Below are positions 28,545 through 36,503 of a stretch of DNA of 64,000 nucleotides, piece after piece. How positions within the stretch are numbered: position 1 is the first letter of the stretch; every line of letters starts with the position of its first letter. Source of the stretch: Acidimicrobiia bacterium (GTDB taxonomy: Bacteria; Actinomycetota; Acidimicrobiia; Acidimicrobiales; Poriferisodalaceae). The notes below the pieces were generated by a model. That model made no database searches. It had not been told where the DNA came from and saw only the letters and a list, made by a program, of their open reading frames with translations. Position numbers and translations under genes: made by a program. Where the stretch lies: positions 2,493 through 66,492 of the forward strand of contig JAJEBN010000048.1 in assembly GCA_022822525.1 (NCBI GenBank). The letters are read 5' to 3'.

Positions 28545-29747
28545 CTAGTTGCGGCGAGGGCCGAGCGCGACGGGAATCGGCCCTTCCATGCGAGCCGTGC
28601 AGCTGCCCATGTCCACCGGCGGGCAGATCTCGGACACGAGCCGCTCGGTGATCTGCTCGAATACCTCGGCGGCGGCGCCGCCCGCCCCTTTGCCGGTCAC
28701 CGGCGTTCCGGCGTCGCCGCCTGCGGACACCGCCGGTTCCAGCGGGATCGAGCCCAGCAGCGGCACGCCCAGGTCTGCAGCGAGGCGCTCGCCGCCGCCT
28801 TCGCCGAAGATCGCCCAGCGCTGGCCGTCGGGGGCCACGAACGCTCCCATGTTCTCCACCACGCCCACGATCGGCATGTGACTGCGGCGCGCCATGTCGG
28901 CGACGCGCACAGCCACCTTCTGCGCGCTCAGCGCCGGCGTCGTCACCACCAGCATCTCGGCCTGGGGCAGCAGGCGGGCCAGCGCCATCTGCACATCGCC
29001 GGTGCCCGGAGGCATGTCGATGAGCAGGTAATCCAGCTCGCCCCAGTCCACGTCGTGCAGGAACTGCTCGACGGCCTTCGCGAGCATGAGGCCCCGCCAC
29101 ATCAGGGCGGTCTCCTCGGTCTCGACCATGAGGCCGGTCGAGACCACCTTCAGCCTCCCGGCGCCGGCGGGCTTCTCGTCGGGCACGATCTTGCCCCGTT
29201 CCTCGCCCTCGGCGGGGGGGCGAGCGCCGAGCCGGCCGTCCATGCCCAGCATCCGGGGGATGCTGAAGCCCCAGATGTCGGCGTCCATCACGCCGACGGT
29301 GAATCCGCGGGCGGCGAGCGCTGCGGCCAGGTTCACCGTCACCGACGACTTGCCGACGCCGCCCTTGCCCGAGGCCACGGCGAGCACACGGGTGCTGGCC
29401 GGCACCTGCGTCGGCGGCGCGTTGTCGCGCGCGGTGCGTCGGGCCCGTTCCATCACCCGGGCTTTCTCGGAGGCGTTGAGCTCGTCCCAGTGCAGCCGCA
29501 CCTTCTCGATGCCTGCCAGCCCGGCGACTCGCGTCTCGCAGTCGCGCTTGATGGTGGCTCGCAGCGGGCAGCCGGCGGTGGTCAGCGCCACGGTCACGTG
29601 CCCGGTGGTGCCCTCGCGGTACGCGTTGCGCACCATGCCCAGATCGACGATGTTGTCTCCCAGCTCGGGATCCATGACCCCGCGCAGGATTGCGATCATC
29701 GCCTCGTCATTCGCGGGAGCAGCGGGAGCATCGGTGATCGCGCTCAC
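28545..29747 (-). CDS. Mrp/ApbC-family Fe-S cluster carrier ATPase
   Basis: N-terminal DUF59-like region (VMDPELGDNIVDLGMV) and deviant Walker A VASGKGGVGKSS. GTG at 29747 or ATG at 29699; the rest of the 643-aa track ORF is rejected. Confidence 0.85.
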   Translation of the reverse strand: MSAITDAPAAPANDEAMIAILRGVMDPELGDNIVDLGMVRNAYREGTTGHVTVALTTAGCPLRATIKRDCETRVAGLAGIEKVRLHWDELNASEKARVMERARRTARDNAPPTQVPASTRVLAVASGKGGVGKSSVTVNLAAALAARGFTVGVMDADIWGFSIPRMLGMDGRLGARPPAEGEERGKIVPDEKPAGAGRLKVVSTGLMVETEETALMWRGLMLAKAVEQFLHDVDWGELDYLLIDMPPGTGDVQMALARLLPQAEMLVVTTPALSAQKVAVRVADMARRSHMPIVGVVENMGAFVAPDGQRWAIFGEGGGERLAADLGVPLLGSIPLEPAVSAGGDAGTPVTGKGAGGAAAEVFEQITERLVSEICPPVDMGSCTARMEGPIPVALGPRRN

Positions 29748-29912
29748 AGGGCGCAGGGTAATGGCCCGGTGCGCGGGCCCATGGGCCGGGGATCGCCGCG
29801 GTGCCCGAGACGGGACCGACGGGCGGCCCGCACCTGTGCAATCCGGCATCGTGGCACTAGCATCGACATCACAAGGTTTGCCCCCCCAAGGGCTGATCCA
29901 GGAGTCGCCGTT

Positions 29913-30248
29913 GTGATCACGCTGACCGATACCGCCGCCGAGAAGGTCTCGGAACTCATCACTCAGGAGGTTGCCGAGGCCGGCGGCGAGCCGGAGCTGG
30001 CGCTGCGCGTCGCCGTGCGGCCTGGCGGCTGCTCGGGCTTCAGCTACGAGATGTTCTTCGATTCCGAGGTCGCTGCTGACGACATGTCGAAGTCGTACGG
30101 CGAGATCCGGGTGGTCTCCGACCCGATGAGCGCGCAGCTGCTCGAAGGCGCCACGCTCGACTTCACCGACGGGCTGATGGGCTCGGGCTTCGCGATCGAC
30201 AACCCCAACGCGCAGCGCACCTGCGGCTGCGGCAACTCGTTCAGCTGA
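29913..30248 (+). CDS. HesB/IscA/ErpA-family iron-sulfur cluster insertion protein
   Basis: 111 aa; ITLTDTAAEKV, GGCSGFSY, and C-terminal CGCGNSFS. AGGAG lies 9 nt upstream of the GTG at 29913. Confidence 0.85.
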   Translation: MITLTDTAAEKVSELITQEVAEAGGEPELALRVAVRPGGCSGFSYEMFFDSEVAADDMSKSYGEIRVVSDPMSAQLLEGATLDFTDGLMGSGFAIDNPNAQRTCGCGNSFS

Positions 30249-31969
30249 GCGAAGCGAAGTCCAAACCGGATCTGGCCGAGCCTGAGTCGGCCCCGGGTTC
30301 GGCGCACACCGGCGCCACGCTTTCCTTCGTCGTCGACGGCCGCGCCGTCGAGGTTTCCGATGACGGCGACACGCTGCTCGGCGTGCTGCGCGACCGCCTC
30401 GGCATCGAAGCGGTGCTCGACGGCTGCAGCCCCCAGGGCCAATGCGGATGCTGCACCGTGCTGGTCGACGACGCACCCCGCGTGGCCTGCGTCACCCCGG
30501 CACGCCGCGTGGCCGGACGTCAGGTCACCACTGCCGCCGGTCTCACGCCCCCAGAGCAGCAACGCTGGACCGACGCGTTCCTCGCCTGCGGCGCATCCCA
30601 GTGCGGCTTCTGTACCCCCGGCATCGTCTGCCGGTTCGTCGGCCACGAGCGGCGCGGCGCCGACCTGACGGATCGCGCCACGGTCGACAAGGCGTTAGCG
30701 GCGCATCTGTGTCGCTGCACCGGCTGGCAGACCATCCGCGAAGCCGCTGCCATCGCCGCGCCGTCGCCCCGGGCTCTCGCAACGGATGTCGCCACGAGCG
30801 TCGCCGCGCCGCCGTCGGGGGACGCAACCGAACGCGATCCCGACGCGGCCGCCCGCCGTGCGTCGATCGAGACCGGCGGCCCCCAGCGATCGGTGGCGGC
30901 CAGCGTGCTGGGCGGGTTCGATTTCGGGGCCGACGGCGCACCGCCAGGCACCCTCATCGGGATCGGGGGGCCGACAGGCGACTGGCACACAGCCGAGAGC
31001 CTCACCGAAGCACGCCGCCAAGCCGGCAAGGTGCAAGGCCGCCGCACCACCCTCGAGCCCACCCCGCCCATCGAGATCCCCGATGCTCCGCCGGGGACCC
31101 AATGGGATGTTCAGCTCGCCACCTGCTGGACCGAGCCCGGCTACCTCGAGACCGACGCCGCCTGGTGCGAACCCGGCGGCGAGCCCTCCGATCCCCTGGC
31201 AAACGGCGGAGCCTTCGGCGCCAAGACCACATCGCCGGTCCGCATCGAGGCCCGAAGACTCGCCGACGACCTCGGCCGGCCAGTCCGAGTGCTGTGGTCA
31301 CGGGAAGACACCGTGCGGCGTGGCCCCAAGCGCCCGCCGCTGGCAGCAGGCCTCCACGCCGACGGCACCGGCATCGTCCGCATCGCCCGCACCCCCGGAG
31401 CAGCGCAAGTGCTGAGAACAGTGCTGCCGCACGCCAAGGTCGAGGAAGTCGACGTCGCCGGCCCAACAACGTCCATGGATCTGCGAGGCGCAGTCTGGGC
31501 CGAAGCCCAAATGCTGAGCGCCGCCCTGCACCGCCTGCAAACCGGCGAACCGCTCGAAGCAGGCACCGCCACCGTCAAGGTCACCTCCCCCGAAGGCGCC
31601 ACGGCAAGCGCCACCGTCACCCCGGACGGCATCGAGCTGCACATCGACGCAGGCAACCCCCTCGATGTGACGACGTTGCGCAGCTACGCGATAGGAGCCG
31701 CCCACATGGCCTGGAGCTGGGTCACCTCAGAATCACTCACGGTCGACCCCGAAGGCCACGTCCAAGACCTGACAATCCGCAGCTTCGGAATAGCCCGCTC
31801 AGCCGACACCCCCCACATCAACATCACGATCGAACCGTCCCAACATCCCCCCATCCCCGCAGGCAGCGCCGCATTCGCAGCAGCAGCCGCCGCCATCTGG
31901 CTCACCCAAGGAGCCCCACCCCACCTCCCCACGCATTGCACGGCGCTAGCGTCAGCCGGCGATGGCTGA
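30245..31969 (+). CDS. [2Fe-2S]-binding domain fused to a shortened xanthine dehydrogenase/aldehyde oxidase-type molybdopterin-binding region
   Basis: CSPQGQCGCCTV, CGFCTPG and CRCTGW (CoxS-like); later GYLETDAAW and GGAFGAKT...GRPVRVLWSREDTVRRGPKRPP (Mo-subunit-like). The first ATG/GTG is at 30383, but conserved N-terminal residues extend upstream to a CTG at 30245. Confidence 0.6.
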   Translation: MSEAKSKPDLAEPESAPGSAHTGATLSFVVDGRAVEVSDDGDTLLGVLRDRLGIEAVLDGCSPQGQCGCCTVLVDDAPRVACVTPARRVAGRQVTTAAGLTPPEQQRWTDAFLACGASQCGFCTPGIVCRFVGHERRGADLTDRATVDKALAAHLCRCTGWQTIREAAAIAAPSPRALATDVATSVAAPPSGDATERDPDAAARRASIETGGPQRSVAASVLGGFDFGADGAPPGTLIGIGGPTGDWHTAESLTEARRQAGKVQGRRTTLEPTPPIEIPDAPPGTQWDVQLATCWTEPGYLETDAAWCEPGGEPSDPLANGGAFGAKTTSPVRIEARRLADDLGRPVRVLWSREDTVRRGPKRPPLAAGLHADGTGIVRIARTPGAAQVLRTVLPHAKVEEVDVAGPTTSMDLRGAVWAEAQMLSAALHRLQTGEPLEAGTATVKVTSPEGATASATVTPDGIELHIDAGNPLDVTTLRSYAIGAAHMAWSWVTSESLTVDPEGHVQDLTIRSFGIARSADTPHINITIEPSQHPPIPAGSAAFAAAAAAIWLTQGAPPHLPTHCTALASAGDG

Positions 31970-32423
31970 ACCAGCAATAGACAAGCTCCGCCGCCTGGTA
32001 GCGGCCGAAAACGGACTCTGCACCTTCGCCTGCCTCAACAACAGCGGCGCCCCCCACGTGTCAATCATCAACGCCGGCGTCATGGATCACCCCGTGACCG
32101 GGGACACCAGCGTCGCCTGCGTCGTGCGCGCCGACGCCCGCAAGGCACGCCTGCTGCGCAGCGACCCGCGCGCCGCCGTGGCGTTCCGGCACCGCTGGGA
32201 CTGGGTGGCGGCCCACGGCACCGCGCAGCTCATCGGCCTCGACGACCCCGCCGAGGGCATCGCGGATGCTGACATCCCCGAACTGCTGCGCGACGTCTTC
32301 CGCTCGGCGGGCGGCACGCACGAAGACTGGGACGAGTACGACCGGGTGATGGCCGCCGAGCGTCGCCTGGCGATCTTCGTCTCACTCGATCACATCACCT
32401 CCAACACCGGCAGCATCGCCTGA
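31962..32423 (+). CDS. Pyridoxamine 5'-phosphate oxidase family protein (PPOX class, possibly F420-dependent)
   Basis: 153 aa; split-barrel-type sequence (HVSIINAGVMD..., RKARLLRSDPRAAVAF). Confidence 0.7.
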   Translation: MAEPAIDKLRRLVAAENGLCTFACLNNSGAPHVSIINAGVMDHPVTGDTSVACVVRADARKARLLRSDPRAAVAFRHRWDWVAAHGTAQLIGLDDPAEGIADADIPELLRDVFRSAGGTHEDWDEYDRVMAAERRLAIFVSLDHITSNTGSIA

Positions 32424-32449
32424 GCGCTGCCGCAGAAGGGAAGCACCTG

Positions 32450-32797
32450 ATGGCCGCACCTGTCGCTCACTATTCGAAGTGGTACCGAGCGGGCGATCTC
32501 GTCTTCGTCTCGGGCCAGATCGGCCTGGCCGGCGGCGCACTCGTCGACGGCGTCGAAGCGCAGGCCCGAGCGGTGCTCGCCAACGTCGTCGAGGCGCTGG
32601 AAGAAGCCGGGGGCACGCTCGACGATGTCGTGAAGTGCCTCGTGTTCATGACCGACATCGGCAATTTCTCGCTGATCAACTCGATCTACGCGGAGGCCTT
32701 CGGCGAGCACCGTCCTGCACGCAGCGCCATCGGCGTGGCGGCGCTGCCGCTCGGCGCTGAGGTCGAGATCGAGGCGATCGCCTACCTGCCCGAATAG
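32450..32797 (+). CDS. RidA/YjgF family enamine/imine deaminase
   Basis: 115 aa; GDLVFVSGQIGL, VKCLVFMTD, PARSAIGVAALPLGAEVEIEAIA. Confidence 0.85.
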   Translation: MAAPVAHYSKWYRAGDLVFVSGQIGLAGGALVDGVEAQARAVLANVVEALEEAGGTLDDVVKCLVFMTDIGNFSLINSIYAEAFGEHRPARSAIGVAALPLGAEVEIEAIAYLPE

Positions 32798-32833
32798 TCA
32801 CACCGCGCTCGGCGCATCAGTACGCTGCGGCAC

Positions 32834-32989
32834 ATGGCCGGTGCCATCATCATCGTGATCGTGCTCCTGCTGAGCCCTTTCATCATCACGATTTCGCTCG
32901 CAGCAGCCGCAGCCGCCTTAGGCAAGCTCCTCACCGACGATGCCGAAAAGCGCCACGAAGGCAGCTCCCTCGTACAGACGAACATCTAG
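32834..32989 (+). CDS. Possible 51-aa small membrane protein (below the ORF-track cutoff)
   Basis: Hand translation: MAGAIIIVIVLLLSPFIITISLAAAAAALGKLLTDDAEKRHEGSSLVQTNI. Support comes only from hydrophobicity and codon use. Confidence 0.3.
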   Translation: MAGAIIIVIVLLLSPFIITISLAAAAAALGKLLTDDAEKRHEGSSLVQTNI

Positions 32990-33004
32990 AACACAGGCGC
33001 GCGA

Positions 33005-33124
33005 GGGGTGGGCGTGGGCCGTGGTACCCGCGCGCAGTTATGAAGCGCCCCCAAGCCACGCCCAGCGAGCGCAGAAGGCGCTTCATCTGTTTGAAGCACG
33101 GGTGCCACGGCCCACGCCCACCCC
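33005..33124. repeat. 120-bp nested palindromic element between convergent genes
   Basis: Outer arms at 33005-33030 (ggggtgggcgtgggccgtggtacccg) and 33099-33124 (reverse complement, 1 mismatch). Inner inverted repeat atgaagcgcc/ggcgcttcat. Confidence 0.85.
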
Positions 33125-33137
33125 GGACGCAGGACAA

Positions 33138-33812
33138 CTAGCGCCAGCGATACGTGCCCAGCCGGTACCCAACCGAGCGAACCGTCTGGATCAGGTCAGC
33201 GTTTTCCTCACCAAGTTTGGCCCGCAGCCGCCGGATATGAACATCCACCGTCCGCGCCCCCCCGTAGTACTCGTATCCCCACACCTGGTTCAGCAACGCC
33301 TCCCGCGTAAACACCCGCCCAGGCTGAGAGGCCAGAAAGCGCAGCAGCTCGTACTCCATGTAGGTGAGGTCGAGCGGTTGCTCGTCCACGACGGCCTCGT
33401 AGGTGTCGAGGTTGATGCGCAGCGGCCCGTAGGTGATGATCTCGGTGGATCCGTCGCTCGAGCCTGCGGCCAGGTGCGCCAGCCGGGCCTCCAGCTCGCG
33501 GGGGTGGAACGGGTCGAGGCAGAAGTCGTCGAACAGCTCGTCACGCATCGTCAGCTCGTCGAGCGCGTTGCCGCGCACCAGCACCAGCACGCCTCTGCTG
33601 ACGCTCTCTCGCAGTGCCCGAGCCACTGCCCAGGCTGCTTCGGTGCTGTCGCTCGCGGGGCTGTCGAGCTGGATGATCGCCCCGCTCCACCCTTCGGACG
33701 GGGCATCCGCGGTCACCTCAGCGGCGTCGCCCACCGGTTTCCAGGCGTAGCCGCCGAGGTCCAGGAACTGCGCCAGCTCGGGGCTCACGGTTCCGGGATG
33801 GACGGCGTACAT
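33138..33812 (-). CDS. OmpR/PhoB-family regulator with an atypical receiver domain (GlnR-like orphan regulator)
   Basis: 224 aa from the ATG at 33812. C-terminal winged helix (LTYMEYELLRFL..., VWGYEYYGGARTVDVHIRRLRAKLG). The N-terminus lacks the usual acidic DD pair. Starts 8 nt after the GSI stop. Confidence 0.7.
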   Translation of the reverse strand: MYAVHPGTVSPELAQFLDLGGYAWKPVGDAAEVTADAPSEGWSGAIIQLDSPASDSTEAAWAVARALRESVSRGVLVLVRGNALDELTMRDELFDDFCLDPFHPRELEARLAHLAAGSSDGSTEIITYGPLRINLDTYEAVVDEQPLDLTYMEYELLRFLASQPGRVFTREALLNQVWGYEYYGGARTVDVHIRRLRAKLGEENADLIQTVRSVGYRLGTYRWR

Positions 33813-33820
33813 GCCCAAAG

Positions 33821-35176
33821 TCAAACTGCGTCGAAGTAATTGTCCAACTCGAATTGAGTCACCTGCGTCTGGTAGGTCGACCATTCGCGACGCTTGTTGC
33901 GCAGGAACCACCGGAACAGGTGCTGGCCCAGCGTCTCGGCCACCAGCGCGCTGCCTTCCATCTCGTCGAGTGCTTCGTCGAGCGAGGCGGGCAGGTGATG
34001 GCCGTAGACCGGGCCGCCGTGGTCGCTGTATCCGGTGATCGAGGGGGGAGTCTCGGGGGGCAGTTCGTATCCCTGCTCGATGCCGGTCAGCCCAGCCGCC
34101 AGGATCACCGCAAAGGCGAGGTAGGGGTTGCAGGCGGGATCCGGCGCGCGGTACTCGACCCGTGTCGATTCGCTCTGGCCCTGGCGGGTCGGCGGCACCC
34201 GGATGAGCGCCGCGCGGTTGCTGCGTGCCCATGAGATCGCCACCGGTGCCTCGTACCCGGCGATCAGCCGCTTGTAGCTGTTGACGAGCTGGTTGGTGAC
34301 GGCGGTGATCTCCCGTGCGTGGGTGAGCAGGCCGGCCACGAATCCGCGTGCCACGTCGGAGAGTCCGTCGGGCGCGCTGGGATCGCTGAAGGCGTTGCGT
34401 CCTTCGCAGAACAGCGACAGGTGGGTGTGCATGCCTGAGCCCTGCACCCCAGCCAGCGGCTTGGGCATGAAGGTGGCGTGCACGCCGTGCTCGAAGGCGA
34501 TCTCGCGTACCAGCAGCCGGAAGGTCATCACGCTGTCGGCCATGGTGAGCGCGTCGGAATAGCGCAGGTCGATCTCGTGCTGGGAGGGGGCGTCCTCGTG
34601 GAACGAGTACTCGACGGGGATGCCCATGGTCTCCAGCGCGCTCAGCGTGCGGTGACGGATGTCCGAGGCGATGTCCGCGGTGGTGAGGTCGAAGTAGCTG
34701 CCGCCGTCGAGCGGCACCGGCCGCCCGTCGGCCCGTTCGGGCTCGAACAGGAAGTACTCCATCTCGGGCGCCACGTAGAACGTGTAGCCGGCGGCGTGCG
34801 CCCGGTCCATGACCCGGCGAAGCACGCCTCTGGGATCGCCGTCAAATCTGGTGCCGTCGGCGCCGGTGATGTCGCAGAACATGCGCGCCGAGATGTCGTC
34901 GCCGTTGTGGCCGCTGCGCGAGGCCATCAGCTCGAACGTCTCGGGGTCGGGGCGTGCCACCATGTCCGCCTCGGCGATGCGGCTGAAACCCTCGATGGAG
35001 GATCCGTCGAACACCATGCCCTGCTCGAAGGCCGTCTCGAGCTCGGCGGGCGAGATGGCGAACGACTTGAGCTGCCCGGCGACATCGGTGAACCACAGGC
35101 GGATGAATCGCACGCCCCGCTCGGTGACGCGACGCAGCACGTAGTCCTGCGGTCGTTCCCTGCTTGAGACCGTCAC
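33821..35176 (-). CDS. glnA: Glutamine synthetase, type I family
   Basis: 451 aa; FIRLWFTDVAGQLKSF, MVFDGSSIEGF, KPLAGVQGSGMHTHLSLF. Confidence 0.9.
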   Translation of the reverse strand: MTVSSRERPQDYVLRRVTERGVRFIRLWFTDVAGQLKSFAISPAELETAFEQGMVFDGSSIEGFSRIAEADMVARPDPETFELMASRSGHNGDDISARMFCDITGADGTRFDGDPRGVLRRVMDRAHAAGYTFYVAPEMEYFLFEPERADGRPVPLDGGSYFDLTTADIASDIRHRTLSALETMGIPVEYSFHEDAPSQHEIDLRYSDALTMADSVMTFRLLVREIAFEHGVHATFMPKPLAGVQGSGMHTHLSLFCEGRNAFSDPSAPDGLSDVARGFVAGLLTHAREITAVTNQLVNSYKRLIAGYEAPVAISWARSNRAALIRVPPTRQGQSESTRVEYRAPDPACNPYLAFAVILAAGLTGIEQGYELPPETPPSITGYSDHGGPVYGHHLPASLDEALDEMEGSALVAETLGQHLFRWFLRNKRREWSTYQTQVTQFELDNYFDAV

Positions 35177-35262
35177 GGCGACCTCCCTTGTGGCGAGTGC
35201 CCTGTGGCTGAGGCCCCATTGTCGGCGGCGCGTCGCTGTCTGATCCAGAGTCCGCAGCCAGC

Positions 35263-35300
35263 TTCACGCGCTGTTCACATTTGGGCAATGGCCCGGAAAC
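35263..35300. promoter_or_regulatory. Four pentamers phased at 11 bp (TTCAC-n6-TTCAC-n6-GCAAT-n6-GAAAC); candidate GlnR-type operator
   Basis: Lies in the divergent GSI/GSII intergenic region. The spacing was checked base by base, and it resembles the gTnAC-n6-GaAAC boxes described for actinobacterial GlnR. Confidence 0.4.
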
Positions 35301-35438
35301 TCTGGCTCGTTTGTATCGTGCGCACGGACATTGGTGTCAGCCGCCAACCGGGCCAGCACTTCGCGGGCTCGCAGGCACAGCGACCTACTCCTGTTCATTT
35401 CTCCCTTCCCACAACCGAATGCAGCGAAGGAGCATGCA

Positions 35439-36452
35439 GTGACTTACCGCGCCGAGTACATCTGGACCGACGGCACAGAGCCCACAGCCGAAGTGCGCTC
35501 CAAGACGAAGATCCTCGCCGACGGCGAGGAGCCTGGCATCTGGGGATTTGACGGCTCCAGCACCAATCAGGCCGAGGGCAGCGACTCCGACGTCGTGCTG
35601 AAGCCGGTCTACCAATGTCCCGATCCGCTGCGGGGCGGCAACGACATCATGGTGATGTGCGAGACCTTCGTGCCCGAGACGATGGAGCCGCACCCCACCA
35701 ACATGCGGGCCAAGACCCGGGCGATCCTCGACAAGTACGGCGATCAGGACTTCTGGTTCGGTCTCGAGCAGGAGTACACCATGCTCGACCCGGTCACCAA
35801 GTGGCCCTCGGGTTTCCCGCCCAACGGCTTTCCCGGACCGCAGGGCCCCTATTACTGCGGCGTGGGCGCGCTGCGCATCCACGGCCGTGACGTGGTCGAG
35901 CAGCACACCACCTGGTGCATCGAGGCGGGCCTGAACATCTCGGGCACCAACGCCGAGGTCATGCCCGGTCAGTGGGAGTTCCAGATCGGCCCGGTCGACG
36001 CGCTGACCGTGGGCGACGAGATCTGGCTGGCCCGCTACCTGCTGTATCGCGCCGGCGAGGATCACGAGATCGAGGTCAGCCTGGCGGCCAAGCCCATGCA
36101 GGGCGACTGGAACGGCGCGGGCATGCACACCAACGTGTCCACCAGGGCGATGCGTGAGAACTACGACGCCGTGGTGAAGGCTGCTGAGTCGCTGGGTGCG
36201 CCGGGCAAGCCCGAGCAGCACATCGCCGGCTACGGCCACGGCATCGAGCTGCGTCTCACCGGCGAGCATGAGACCCAGCGGTACGACACCTTCAGCTACG
36301 GCGTGTCAGACCGCGGCGCCTCGGTGCGCATCCCCTGGCAGGTTCATCAGGACGGCAAGGGCTACATCGAGGATCGCCGGCCGAACGCCAACGCCGATCC
36401 CTACGTGGTGACCCGCCTGCTCAGCGAGACCATCGGCGAAGCGCTGGCCTGA
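35439..36452 (+). CDS. glnII: Glutamine synthetase, type II (eukaryote-like GSII)
   Basis: 337 aa from the GTG at 35439, with GAAGGAG 6 nt upstream. TYRAEYIWTDGTEPTAEVRSKTKIL, and the length is typical of GSII. Confidence 0.9.
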   Translation: MTYRAEYIWTDGTEPTAEVRSKTKILADGEEPGIWGFDGSSTNQAEGSDSDVVLKPVYQCPDPLRGGNDIMVMCETFVPETMEPHPTNMRAKTRAILDKYGDQDFWFGLEQEYTMLDPVTKWPSGFPPNGFPGPQGPYYCGVGALRIHGRDVVEQHTTWCIEAGLNISGTNAEVMPGQWEFQIGPVDALTVGDEIWLARYLLYRAGEDHEIEVSLAAKPMQGDWNGAGMHTNVSTRAMRENYDAVVKAAESLGAPGKPEQHIAGYGHGIELRLTGEHETQRYDTFSYGVSDRGASVRIPWQVHQDGKGYIEDRRPNANADPYVVTRLLSETIGEALA

Positions 36453-36503
36453 CGGCCAGCCAAGGCGAAGCCCTGGCCGCGCCCCCGCCTGCTGCGGACG
36501 AGC

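Noticed and set aside
28422-29912. 608-aa plus-strand ORF upstream of the erpA-like gene
   Set aside because: It is antisense to the mrp gene and rich in Arg, His and Gly. Only the last 111 codons (GTG 29913, with AGGAG upstream) match the HesB/IscA family.
32931-33137. 68-aa ORF as a real gene
   Set aside because: It lies entirely inside the nested palindrome, and its sequence is dictated by the repeat arms. The translation is Arg/Gly/Cys-rich.
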